NCBI GenBank assembly: GCA_025594325.1
Contig: JANHCV010000001.1
Span: 3,224,001-3,288,000 of the forward strand
Direction of reading: 5' to 3'
Length of the DNA stretch: 64,000 bases
Origin: Blastocladiella emersonii ATCC 22665
Lineage: Eukaryota; Fungi; Blastocladiomycota
Shown here: positions 24,301-35,483 of the stretch, piece after piece
Position numbering within the stretch: position 1 is the first letter of the stretch
Layout: each line of letters starts with the position of its first letter
The notes under the pieces: model-generated
What the model was told of the DNA's origin: nothing
The model's database searches: none
The model's input: only the letters and a program-made list of their open reading frames with translations
Translations under genes and position numbers: made by a program

Positions 24301-25481
24301 GCACAGGATCCGCGGCGTTGGGCGTGCGACGTTGAGCGGGCCGCCGAGCAGCTGGAGCGCGCTGATCGGGCACGGGTGGAAGCTCGCGCCGCGTTCCCGG
24401 GCCCGGTTGGCGATCGCGGCCCGGGCCGCCTTGTACAGGGCGTGCGGCGGGATCGGGGCCACGAGGATGCGCCGCTGCCACCACGGGTTCGTCAGCACGA
24501 CGTGGAGGACGCGCTGGGTCGCCTCGTTGAGCGGCAGCGCAATGGCGTCGTTGGCGAGGGTGTTGGGCGGTGCGGCGAAGAGGTTGGTGACGGTGTTGGG
24601 CTGCACTGCGACGAGGTTGGCGAGGGCGTTGCAGACCCACAGCATCGGGTGCGGGTGTGGGGGAGCGAGGATGGCGGCGGGGAGGAGCGTGGGGAGGAGC
24701 GTGGGGAGGAGCGTGGGGAGGAGCGTGGGGAGGAGCGTGGGGAGGAGCGTGGCGAGGGCCTCGGCCGCCGCGTCGTTGGACGAGAGCACGGCGGTAATGG
24801 CGAGGGCCTCGGGGAGGAGCCAGACACCGCACAGGCGCATGTTGGCGATGGCGGGGACGTGGCGCGTGAGCTCGACCAAGAGGTCCGGGACGCGGTGGCC
24901 CTGGTCGGGGTACAGGACCGCGGCCGCGGCCGTGAGCATGGTCAGCGCCACGGCGGCGCGCGAGCGCGTGGTGAGGCCCTGGATCGCGCCCGTGAGCGCC
25001 GGCGATACTGCCGCGTCGCTGGCGGCGAAGATGCCCTTGCGGACGGCGTCGGGCAGGGCGGCGAGCGCGAGCACGTCGTCGATGGCGTGGCCGAAGACGG
25101 CCGTGGTGGCGGGGGACATGACGGCGGCCGCCGGGTTGTGCGGCAGCAGCGAGAGACGCGCGAGCTCGAAGCGGCCGATCGCTTCGTAGAGGACGCGGTG
25201 GTGGGCGAGGAGCGCGGGCGGGATGCGCGGGTGCGTGCAGCCCGCCTTGAGGAAGCGGAGCAGGATGCGCATGGCGGGGAGGGAGGCGAGTGGCGGGGGC
25301 GGGGGTGCCGTGGGCGCGGGGTTCGGGAGGCACGTTTCCGCGCCGGCCGCCGCGCGGGCGAGAGCGGCCTCGATGGCCGAGGTGCCGGCGACGAGCGCGC
25401 GGGCCATCCACGTGCTGTGCCGGGCCGCGGTGAGGTGGCGGAACAGGTGGCGCGACGCGGCGGGGACGGCCGGGCTCGCAC
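21381..25481. repeat. Palindrome 1, left arm (~4.1 kb)
   Basis: Reverse complement of 27096-31196; paired coordinates sum to 52577; all six-frame ORFs mirror identically; one mismatch seen (21390/31187). Confidence 0.97.
22417..22478 (+). repeat. 19-bp tandem repeat, 3 copies, in the non-coding part of the palindrome 1 arm (mirrored at ~30099-30160)
   Basis: cgaccctgcccatggacca three times, followed by catgac/catggc hexamers. Confidence 0.9.
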
Positions 25482-25960
25482 TTGGCGGCGTGGATGAAGC
25501 GCGGCGTGGACGAAGCGCGCGAGCCGCGTGTTGAGCGGGATTGCGGGGAATCCGGGCAGCGCGTTGAAGGTGATGGACGGGGGGGTCGCCCACGCCGGGG
25601 TCGACGTGGTGCGCGGGGTCGCGATCGGCGAAGGCCAGCTGTGGCCGTGGCCGTGGCCGTGGCCGTGTCTCCGGGGTGCGTCGTGCACCCGTCATGGCCG
25701 GTTTACTACAACGAGGCGTGCGCGCGTCGAGTCAGGGTCCGTTTTTGGCGACGAGCGGCGGCCCGCTCGCGCGCGCGAGGCGCGTACCACCACCAGCGCG
25801 TGCCCGCGTCAGCCGGGCGGATCGCGAGCAGGTCGAGCACGGCCGTCAGGTTGAGCGCCAGCGCCGACAGCTTGCGGGGCGACGTGAACGAGTCAACGAG
25901 GGCGAGGGCGGCGGGGACGAGGACAGCGGCGGCGGCCGCGCACGTCGAGCGCGCCGCCAT
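22633..25960 (-). CDS. Palindrome 1 left gene: ~1081-aa protein with a spliced hydrophobic N-terminus and the shared ~950-aa body
   Basis: Exon 1 25960-25788 (MAARSTCAAAAAVLVPAALALVD...TRWW). Intron 25787-25706 has a GTACGC donor, CTGAC branch and TAG acceptor and splices in frame into ORF 22633-25695. Body identical to the right copy from ASPAVPAASRH. Confidence 0.6.
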
Positions 25961-26980
25961 GGTGGCCGTTGCACACGCGCGGTGGTGGCCATGTCGCACG
26001 TCAGCAGGCGCACCTCGGCGTCTCGGCGGGGTGGGGCGTGTCTCGGCGGGGTGACGGTGCAGAGGCGGCCGTGTCTCAGCGCCGGGGTGGCGACGCCGCC
26101 GCCGCGCGACGGGCGGCCGCGGGCCAGCGGTGCGGATGGTGATGCATTGCGCCGAGTCGGGCGTGGCGAGATTGGTCTGGGCTGATGGGCGTTGTCGTCG
26201 TCGTCACCGTCGCCGTGCGTGCGTGCGGAGCGGCGGCGCGAGTGGGAAGCTCGTCTCGGCGCCACGCATGACAGGCTTGACGCGTTTTTCTCTGCCAAGC
26301 ACGTGGGCGTGAACAGCGCGCAGCACGCGCAGCACGCGCGTGACCCCCACCTGCCTCCCCTGCCTTCCCACCTGCCCACCCGCGGAAAGCGGCCCGAACC
26401 GAAAAATCCGTGTCCCCCGTCCGCCCGCGCCCGCCCGCTCGGAAATGGTCTCGCGGCGTCGCGCCGCGCCGCGTCACGCTGCGTCAGGGATGATGCGACC
26501 AGTGATTTCCGCTCCCGATGCGGCCCGCGCACTCGACTCGACGACGGCCGGCGGGCTGGCAGGCGGGTGCCTCCCACCACCGCGGCCGCCGCACGCCGCC
26601 GCGCCAGAGCGGGGATGTAATATTATAACGTTGCTCATGTCCGAACCAGCGGCATGGCCAGCACCGCCAGCAGCGAGCGGCGATGCGGCCGCCGCGCGCG
26701 CGTGTGTCTCGCACCACCACCACCGCCGCCGCCGCCGCCACCCGCGCAACAGCCAGCCGGCAGGCGCCCGTAATATTCGGGCCCTGATCACACTCGCTCG
26801 CACCACGCCGCGCGACGCGAACCTGGCTGCTCACTCCTCCCCCCTCGCTCTCGTCAACCTCCCCACTCTCCCTCCCCGTTGCAGTTGCACCGATCGCCCT
26901 CGACTCGTCCGCGTCTCAGACTAGTCATTGTCGACGCGCGCATCCGCTCCCGCCCACGTACGGCCCACGCGCCGCCGACC

Positions 26981-29944
26981 ATGCCGCACCACCACCACAC
27001 GCAGCAGCAGCCGCCGTCGCCACCGCACGGCGGCTTGTCCATGACCTTCAACGCGCTGCCCGACGAGATCCGCGAGCGCGTGCTCGACCTCGCCCGTGCG
27101 AGCCCGGCCGTCCCCGCCGCGTCGCGCCACCTGTTCCGCCACCTCACCGCGGCCCGGCACAGCACGTGGATGGCCCGCGCGCTCGTCGCCGGCACCTCGG
27201 CCATCGAGGCCGCTCTCGCCCGCGCGGCGGCCGGCGCGGAAACGTGCCTCCCGAACCCCGCGCCCACGGCACCCCCGCCCCCGCCACTCGCCTCCCTCCC
27301 CGCCATGCGCATCCTGCTCCGCTTCCTCAAGGCGGGCTGCACGCACCCGCGCATCCCGCCCGCGCTCCTCGCCCACCACCGCGTCCTCTACGAAGCGATC
27401 GGCCGCTTCGAGCTCGCGCGTCTCTCGCTGCTGCCGCACAACCCGGCGGCCGCCGTCATGTCCCCCGCCACCACGGCCGTCTTCGGCCACGCCATCGACG
27501 ACGTGCTCGCGCTCGCCGCCCTGCCCGACGCCGTCCGCAAGGGCATCTTCGCCGCCAGCGACGCGGCAGTATCGCCGGCGCTCACGGGCGCGATCCAGGG
27601 CCTCACCACGCGCTCGCGCGCCGCCGTGGCGCTGACCATGCTCACGGCCGCGGCCGCGGTCCTGTACCCCGACCAGGGCCACCGCGTCCCGGACCTCTTG
27701 GTCGAGCTCACGCGCCACGTCCCCGCCATCGCCAACATGCGCCTGTGCGGTGTCTGGCTCCTCCCCGAGGCCCTCGCCATTACCGCCGTGCTCTCGTCCA
27801 ACGACGCGGCGGCCGAGGCCCTCGCCACGCTCCTCCCCACGCTCCTCCCCACGCTCCTCCCCACGCTCCTCCCCACGCTCCTCCCCACGCTCCTCCCCGC
27901 CGCCATCCTCGCTCCCCCACACCCGCACCCGATGCTGTGGGTCTGCAACGCCCTCGCCAACCTCGTCGCAGTGCAGCCCAACACCGTCACCAACCTCTTC
28001 GCCGCACCGCCCAACACCCTCGCCAACGACGCCATTGCGCTGCCGCTCAACGAGGCGACCCAGCGCGTCCTCCACGTCGTGCTGACGAACCCGTGGTGGC
28101 AGCGGCGCATCCTCGTGGCCCCGATCCCGCCGCACGCCCTGTACAAGGCGGCCCGGGCCGCGATCGCCAACCGGGCCCGGGAACGCGGCGCGAGCTTCCA
28201 CCCGTGCCCGATCAGCGCGCTCCAGCTGCTCGGCGGCCCGCTCAACGTCGCACGCCCAACGCCGCGGATCCTGTGCGAGATCCTGACCGAGAGCCACGCG
28301 GTGGCGGCAACCTTCCTCGCCCCGCTCGACCCTGCCGAGATCCGGTTCGTCGAGGACACGCTCGCGTCGGATAAAGAGGTGGTGCGCTGCACGGCCCGCG
28401 TCCTCGGCTACGGGTACGACGACTACGTCCGCGTGTGCAGGGCCGCCGCCGCCGCCGGCGGCCCCGGCGCCGCCACCAACGCGCACGCGTTCGCCCGCGT
28501 CTACGACCTGTGCCTCCGCGTCGCAACGCGGTCGCTGGTCGACGCCGTGTCGGCCAAGCAGGAATGGGTCGAGCGCGAGCCCGAGAACGCGTTCGCCCTC
28601 TTCCTCGACCTGTTCCGCAACGCAGCCCCGCGCTTCTGGGCTGAGGTCAACGGCGAGGCCTCGCCCGAGCTCAAGCACGCCATCCTCGCCCGTGGTCCGT
28701 ATCTTCCCGCGCCTCCCTCCTGTGCTCCTTGGGGCGACCACCCGACTAACGCCACGACGCCTCCCGCCCGAACCGTAGCCTTTGCCGTGGCCATCGGGCA
28801 AGCTGCCGTCGAGAACGAGGTTGCGGGCATGGCGGCCAGCAACGGCGTCGACCGCCGCGCGTCTCTGCCGCTCCTGGGCCAGCAGCTGCTCGCCTCGCTG
28901 CGCGACGGCGTCCGGCGGAACGACGCCGCATTCACGCGCGACGCTGGCGGCGCGCTGTGGAGCACCACGGTGACGTCGATCGGCGCCCTCGTCTTTGACG
29001 CGGACCTGGCGGCGGCGGTGGTGGCTGTGCTCAGTGTCCCGGAGCCCGTGGCGAACCCGGCCGACATCATGGCCGTGGTCCTGTCGCCGCTCCTCGGCGT
29101 CGTCGGCGTCAACGTCGGCCGCACCGCGCCGCCCGAGGAGATCAAGAAGGCGATCGAGTCCGTCATGGCGGACCCGCAGGCGTCGTGGGCGTTCGGGGTG
29201 CTCGCGAGCGGCCGCGGCCGCGACGGGCGGCAGGACCTGGACGCGCGCGAGCGCTTCCTCACCATGATCCGCGCCGCAGGCGCCGAGACCGTGTTCGAGG
29301 ACGACACGCCGCTGCTGCTCGTCGTGTTCGCGACCATGCTCGAGGCGCAGTACGGCGCGGGCGACGGCGTGGGTCACACGCGCGCCAAGCTGCCCAAGCC
29401 GACCCGCCGCACGCCGGGCGACTGCGCGGCTGCGTGCGCGTCGTCGTCGTGCGACCTGCAGGACGGCCAAGTTTGGTTCGAGGGCATGTGGGCGGTGATC
29501 ATGGCCGTGTGCGAGGCCATGGGCAACCTCAAGCGCCTGCCCAAGCGCGGCAAGGTCGCGATCGCGCGGTTCATCGACCGCCACTGGGAGGGCGGGTGGC
29601 TCCAGTCCAAGCTCCAGCAGCAGCAGCAGCAGCGCAAGGTCGACGAGGCCGGCGACGACGTGCACGCTCGCGCTCACGCTCACGCTCACGCTCACGCTCA
29701 CGGCAGCGGCGGCAGCGACAAGGACGACGAGGTCGGCGAGGTCCACGACGGTCCCGCCCGGCGCAGCTGCAGCGAGTGTCTGGGGACGGCGGACGCGGCC
29801 GTCCGGACCCTCGTCGCGCTGTGCATGGTCGACATGGACATGGTCGAGTCCGCGGTCCTCGAGCACAGCGAGTGGTCCGAGGGCGAGCGCAACGTGATCG
29901 CCGCGGCGATGCGCGATCTGGCGCAGCGGTGGCACAAGGCGTAG
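26981..29944 (+). CDS. Palindrome 1 right gene: 987-aa protein with an N-terminal F-box-like motif
   Basis: MPHHHH...SMTFNALPDEIRERVLDLA resembles the F-box LPxEIxxxIL pattern; uninterrupted GC3-rich ORF; (LLPT)n, polyQ and (HA)n tracts; no other domain recognised. An upstream extension is possible. Confidence 0.7.
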   Translation: MPHHHHTQQQPPSPPHGGLSMTFNALPDEIRERVLDLARASPAVPAASRHLFRHLTAARHSTWMARALVAGTSAIEAALARAAAGAETCLPNPAPTAPPPPPLASLPAMRILLRFLKAGCTHPRIPPALLAHHRVLYEAIGRFELARLSLLPHNPAAAVMSPATTAVFGHAIDDVLALAALPDAVRKGIFAASDAAVSPALTGAIQGLTTRSRAAVALTMLTAAAAVLYPDQGHRVPDLLVELTRHVPAIANMRLCGVWLLPEALAITAVLSSNDAAAEALATLLPTLLPTLLPTLLPTLLPTLLPAAILAPPHPHPMLWVCNALANLVAVQPNTVTNLFAAPPNTLANDAIALPLNEATQRVLHVVLTNPWWQRRILVAPIPPHALYKAARAAIANRARERGASFHPCPISALQLLGGPLNVARPTPRILCEILTESHAVAATFLAPLDPAEIRFVEDTLASDKEVVRCTARVLGYGYDDYVRVCRAAAAAGGPGAATNAHAFARVYDLCLRVATRSLVDAVSAKQEWVEREPENAFALFLDLFRNAAPRFWAEVNGEASPELKHAILARGPYLPAPPSCAPWGDHPTNATTPPARTVAFAVAIGQAAVENEVAGMAASNGVDRRASLPLLGQQLLASLRDGVRRNDAAFTRDAGGALWSTTVTSIGALVFDADLAAAVVAVLSVPEPVANPADIMAVVLSPLLGVVGVNVGRTAPPEEIKKAIESVMADPQASWAFGVLASGRGRDGRQDLDARERFLTMIRAAGAETVFEDDTPLLLVVFATMLEAQYGAGDGVGHTRAKLPKPTRRTPGDCAAACASSSCDLQDGQVWFEGMWAVIMAVCEAMGNLKRLPKRGKVAIARFIDRHWEGGWLQSKLQQQQQQRKVDEAGDDVHARAHAHAHAHAHGSGGSDKDDEVGEVHDGPARRSCSECLGTADAAVRTLVALCMVDMDMVESAVLEHSEWSEGERNVIAAAMRDLAQRWHKA

Positions 29945-31196
29945 CGGCAGGCGTCGGCGGGCGACTTGCGCCGCGCGTAGGAGAGTGGGGGTAGAAGAGT
30001 AGGAGCAGGAGTAACGAAGAGAAATAGAAGCGAGTGTGTGTAGAGCGATGCGATGGACTCGTTCAGTTTGGCATGATCATGGCCATGGCCATGGTCATGG
30101 TCGTGGTCCATGGGCAGGGTCGTGGTCCATGGGCAGGGTCGTGGTCCATGGGCAGGGTCGCGCCGTGTGCGCCATGCCATGTTCTACTGCCGGCGCGCGC
30201 ACGAGCGATTCGGGTATGCGGCGCGACGGGAGACGTGATCGGGGGAAGACGCGATCTGGGGGAAACGCGCGGCGCGCGCGTGCGTGCGGCGGCACGAAAG
30301 CTTGCCTTGCTCGCGATTCGGCAGGGAGCTCCGATCGAACGGGGCGGACTGAGGCCCGAGCCGAGCGCGCGGGCCGCGTGGGCCCGCCCGCGTGGGCCCC
30401 GAGGAATCTTCTTCATCGCGCGCCACGGGTGGATCGCGCGCGCACACCCATGGGCAGGGACGGGCGAACCGATGCCCACCTCCACCCCGCAGTAAATAAA
30501 TAGTTGGACGCCCGGGACCCACGCTTGGTGCATCATCATTTCTCACTCGAATGCCGAGTGTGCGTGCGCCGGTGCCGAGCACGGGCGGTTCCCGGCCGCC
30601 CTGCTGGCACGATTCGTGATGAAAGTTGCACCAATTGGTGGGCAACGGATCACGGAGATTGCCGGCTGCCGGACCCGGGCGCACGGACGGCTGGAGACGC
30701 GCTGCGCCACCCACGTGCAGTGGACGCACGCGCGCCACGCGCCGCGCGCGAGTCGCCCATCCGGCGCCTCGCATCCGCGCATGCCGCGGCGCGCCCCGTC
30801 CGCATTGCGCTGGGTGGTTCTCCCACGGTCAAGGCACGTTGGCAGAGCCGGCGTAGTCCCTAGGTGCTAGCTTTGGATTGACGAAACCTCGCCCCTACGC
30901 CTGCGTGCCATATCCAAACCCTACCGGGGTGGGCGCAGGCGTGGCTGCGCCAGGGACGTCTCTCCACGTGTGCCGCCATCACAGGAAATGTTGATAAGGA
31001 TTTTTTTTTGCCTGACTCGTCAGTTTGAACGAGCGAGGACGACTCCCGCCGCCCGCCCGCGACCGCGTCCCTTGCCGCCGGCCAAGGCTGATCGGGGTAT
31101 TTACCAGTCGCCGGCCGCCGGCCGCCGCCGCCGCGAGCCCGCGACCGAAATCGGGTGTCGAGTTCGTTTTCCCCCTGGTGAATCGCCATGCTCTGC
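27096..31196. repeat. Palindrome 1, right arm (~4.1 kb)
   Basis: Reverse complement of 21381-25481; spacer 25482-27095 (1614 bp). Confidence 0.97.
27829..27897 (+). repeat. 12-bp coding tandem repeat encoding (LLPT)n (mirrored at ~24680-24748)
   Basis: cgctcctcccca repeated 5-6 times. Confidence 0.9.
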
Positions 31197-31955
31197 GGAT
31201 CCCGATACGGAGCTACGGTTCGACGAAAGCAACGACTGCCGCGTCGCGCACCGTGCCCGTGCTTTCAATGTCCGTCGGATCACCGAACCGTGACACGATG
31301 CCCTTCCCAAGCTCCTGCGAGACGGCCGGGTCGAGGTGCAGTGTCGGCGCTGGCGGCGAAGCGGGTGTCGCGGGTCCGCGCCCGCGCGACGTCGATGTCC
31401 GTGGAGAATCTTGCGACCTTGACCCCGGCGTCACGGGCGAGTACAGGTCCCCGGCCGCCGCGGCCTCGTCGGCCACGTCGTTGCTGAGCCGGCGCCGCGA
31501 GTAGCCCTTGCCCGCGCTGCGCCGCCGCCGCATCCACCACCACGCGGTCGCGGCGGCGCAGATCAGGACCAGACCGCCCACGGAGCCGAGGATCGCGGCG
31601 AGCGTGCCCGAGTTCATCCCGGTCGCGCCGGCTTCGCCGAGACCATTGGCCGACACGGCGGTCGCGGTGGCGGCACTCGTAGGTCGCGCAGCGATGGTCG
31701 ACGTCGCGGTCGGGCACGGGAACTTGGCCTTGTCGGCAGCCGCGCACTTGCAGCCGATGGTCGCGGGACGCGCGAAGCCTACGCGGCGAGCTCGATGGGT
31801 CAGCGCCGTTCAAACTCGCGCCACGGCTGAACGAACGAACGAACGCACCACACGTCGCCGCCTCGACTTTGCTCGCGTCGATGCACGCGGTCGCGTTGGA
31901 CGACGCGGCGCCGCACGCGTTCCTGATCCACTCGACGCCGTCGCCCGCGCACTTG
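31197..31955 (-). pseudogene. Internal fragment copy of the SH3 membrane-protein gene (donor ~51338-52080)
   Basis: 31316-31955 appears identical to 51441-52080 (offset 20125) and includes the intron; 31197-31315 is a diverged match to 51338-51440 with indels; no start codon or SH3 domain. Confidence 0.9.
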
Positions 31956-32195
31956 ACGCCTCGATGCGGCAGTCCTGCACAAACTCAAGCGCCGCGGCCG
32001 GGTCGACCTTGAACACCCACCCGAGGTACCTGAACACGATCGGGTTGTGCTCGGGCGACCCGTCGAGCTTGTACAGGTACGACAGCAGCGCGCGCGGGCC
32101 CGACAGCGAGCTCGTGGTGCCCTCCATCGCCTTGATGCAGTAGTGATCGAATCTCGCGTCAGTCAGTCAGTCACGGCCACGGAAAGCACACGCGC
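31956..32195 (-). pseudogene. Internal fragment copy of the VPS39-like gene (donor ~61275-61520)
   Basis: Encodes AMEGTTSSLSGPRALLSYLYKLDGSPEHNPIVFRYLGWVFKVDPAAALEFVQDCRIEAS with 4 substitutions against the donor; part of the diverged intron is kept but the AG acceptor is lost. Confidence 0.88.
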
Positions 32196-32210
32196 TCACG
32201 GTGGCCGGGG

Positions 32211-35200
32211 CAGCGTCTGGTCGGCCAACAACCCCGAGTAGTTTGCAGCCGTGAGCGGGTTTGGACAGGAAACCCGTCGTCGCGGTGAGCCGTTGGCTTA
32301 GTCGGGATGCTGGGTGGGGCACATCCCGCAAGAGCACACGGCCGCCGAAGACGAGCACCCTGAGCCTGCGCGGGTGGAAAGCGACGGGGCTCGCTCGCGC
32401 TGGTGCGCATGTTCTCGCGACCGCGCTCCGAGAGGCGGTTCAGTCGCGCCCCCGCGAACGCGTGCGGATCACGACACCGAGACTTGACTAAATCGCAAGG
32501 TATTTTCCGCAAGTCCGCGTGCCCATTTAAACGACTCTATGCTGACTCAAGGCTCCATTTGTCTCACGTCGCCCTGTTGGGTTGCGGCGGCCCGCGTCAC
32601 ACGCTGTGCTGCGTTACGGCGATGCCCTCAAGCAGAAGCAGCGGGCACTCTATACCACTCATTCTTCGTCAAGCCAACCGGATCAGACGTGTGGGTGTCG
32701 GACGCTATTGCGGCAAAGGCGTTCGAGGTTGTGGCGCTCAACTGCCCGCCAACCGTCTCCCAAAGGCGCGCGCTCGGCGCCGCGTGTGTAAGGCGTGGGT
32801 TGCTCTCGCACACCTCAAGGCGCGCTGGAGCAGCTGGCGCAGTCCTAGGATCCGACTGGTGTGTGACGCGCCCCTTTCCCCCGTCGAGCAGAACTAAGTT
32901 GTTCGGCGGAATGTGGAGGGGACGAGGGTACCGGCGCCCGCCCCTTTTGCTTCCGCATCGTTTGCTGCGCTCCACCTCTATAATTTTTCTTTTTGCTTGG
33001 TTATCGGGCGACTTTCAAGCGGCACCGATGGATCATCATCTCATCTCATCTCATCTCGCGCAAGCCAAGTTGAGAGGTCCCTCGAAACGCTCTGCGAACG
33101 GCGGGACGGTCCGCAAGCCGTCCCGCCCTTTGCTCGGCTGCCGGGTCACCACCACGTCCAGCGAACCATCACCGGACGCGTCAAGGGCGCGCGGTGATCG
33201 TTACGATCAACGCCTGCGAGCCGCAAGACGCGTCCGAAACTCGACGCGCGCGCGGCGAGGTCGGCGCGAGACAGTCGGTCACGTGCGCGGCGCGAGACAC
33301 TTGGTCAGGTGACGCGCGCGCCGACGCGCTCTCGCCCCTGCCCGTCGCGCTTTTCTTCGCCCCGCGCCTCCCGCTGCTTGCTACGGGTTGATATCGCCCA
33401 GCCGACTGCCACGTAAACTTCATGCACTTGAACGAGACCATGCTGCCGAAACTTTGTGTGCCAGCCATTGTCGAGAACATCCTCGTCCGCGCCGTCCACC
33501 TCCACCCCGACGAGCGGGACTACCAGGGCATGGCCGAGTACGCGCGCGTCATGCCCGAGTCCAGGATCCCGCGCGTCGTGCGCGCCATCTTTGCCCGCGT
33601 CCCTTACTTGAGTCCGGTCAAGGCAACCGCCCGCGGGCACGCCGCGGCGCTCCAGAAGCTGGCCGGGTTCCGCCGGTTTGGCTGCCCCATGGGTGGGCTC
33701 GAAAGGGCCGTCGAGGACGGGCACCTGTCGACCCTCGAGTTCTGGCGCGGCTCGCCTTCGCTCAAGCGCATCCTGCGCACGCAACGGGTCATCTCTTGGA
33801 GCCCGGCCGCTCGCGTCGCGCTTGGGATCGACCTGGACTGCTCGCGCGGCGCGGACGCCATGGTACGTTTGGCCGCCACCACCGCGCGCCTTTTTCATGC
33901 CCCGCGCCCTCCCACCCACCCATCCGCTCACGCTGTGTCCTCCGTTGCGACTAGATCCATCCGCCGGCCGACTACGACGTGGCAATCGACAGCATCTGCT
34001 CGGGCGTGGCGACGGGCGCCGTCACCGAGCTCATTCTCACGCACCGCGCCATCTCGCTCGCCGGGATCCACTCGCTCAACGAGGCTATGGCGAGCCCGAC
34101 GCAGGCGCTCACGTCCATTACGGTCGACGCCTGCACCATTGACCTGCCGCGCCTCCTTGCTTTCCGCTTCCCGCCATCAGTCACGGCCGTCTCGATCGCG
34201 AGCCCGTGGCTCAAGCCCGTGTTGGGCCAGCGCTACCCGACCACCGCCGCCACCGCGGCGGCGCCAGCAGCTGTACGGTGGCCCGCCAACCTGTCGTCGC
34301 TCTCGCTCTCGCTCATGAAGCTTTGGGACGCCACGGTCCCGTACCTCGTCCCGCACTTCCCGCCCACACTCTCAGCCCTTCATCTTTCGAACTGTCGCAT
34401 GCAGGATCCAGCTCTTGCCGCACTACTGCGCGCCATTCCGCACCTCGCGTCGCTCAGCCTGCGGGATGTCAGTTTGGACTACCCGCGCCTCGTCAAGGTG
34501 TTTGCGTGCTTGCCGCCGTCGCTCGTGTCGCTGGACATTTCGGGCGCCAAGCTGATTGTCCACGCCAAGGCCGCTTTGCCGATCTGGCAGTTCCCGCCCG
34601 ACCTCCTCGACCTCACGTTCACGGCTACCGCTTTCGAACGCCGTGGGTTGGATGCCCTCGCCACCTCTCTTCCAACCAAGCTTCGGACCTTGGAGATCAC
34701 TCGCTGCGATTTTGGGCCCCTGTCAACCGAGGCCGCCCTCACCACGTTAACGTCGGCTCTGCCGGCGTCGATCAAGTGCCTCGCGCTCGGCGGGTACGAC
34801 TTGAGCAAGCGCAGCACCCTGGTCCAAAGTCTCGCTGGTAAGCTCCCAGCAGAGCTCGAAAAGCTCGCACTTCCACGGTGCCGTGTCTCGCGAGACGCAT
34901 CCAGCGACCTGATTGCGAAACTGCCAGCTACGCTTCGCTACCTGGACCTTTCCACGGCCGAAATCACGAATCGCGGCGCGCGGCTGCTCAGTAACCGCCT
35001 TGGTTCGCAGCTCGGGACGCTCATCCTGGACCGCAGCACCGTTGACGCGGGAGCCGTCGCAAGGCTCACGGCCGACTTTCCGCACACGGTCCTTGATTGG
35101 AGAAATGATGCGGACGCCAACTGAGTGTGATCAATATTCAGGAATCTTGGCACCGAGCCCAGCGGCGCGTGCGTACCTCGCGAGCTTGTTTGGATCTACG

Positions 35201-35467
35201 TGTTTATGGTGGGGATACAGTGAATGTGAATTTATTTTCATGACAGAAAGCAAAACTATTGCTGGTCGTCGTTGTGGATCATCAAAGCCACGGAGCACTC
35301 GAAGTCAGGCGCACTGAGTGCCAGGCCGAACGAGTCCATGCCGCTGCTGCACACCGGGCACGCGGGGGCAACGAGGACGTGATTGAGCTTCGGCCGCAGC
35401 GACGCGTAGAGTGCGCGCCTGAAGCGCGGGTCGGTTCCGGGCACCGGCTCCGCGAGGGTACGCAATG
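32211..35467. repeat. Palindrome 2, left arm (~3.26 kb)
   Basis: Reverse complement of 37925-41181; paired coordinates sum to 73392; one mismatch seen (32251/41141). Confidence 0.97.
33422..35124 (+). CDS. RNI-like leucine-rich-repeat protein, 2 exons, ~536 aa (palindrome 2 left copy)
   Basis: Exon 1 33422-33862; intron 33863-33954 (GTACGT...CTAG) in frame; repeated LPxxLxxLxLxxC units (LSALHLSNCR, LVSLDISGAK, LRTLEITRC, LEKLALPRC, LRYLDLSTA). Confidence 0.75.
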
Positions 35468-35483
35468 CGTCGGCAGAGAGCGG

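Noticed and set aside
21381-31196. Palindrome 1 as a giant TIR or foldback transposon
   Set aside because: No target-site duplication, no transposase, the arms cut through a coding sequence, and the right end abuts an unrelated gene fragment
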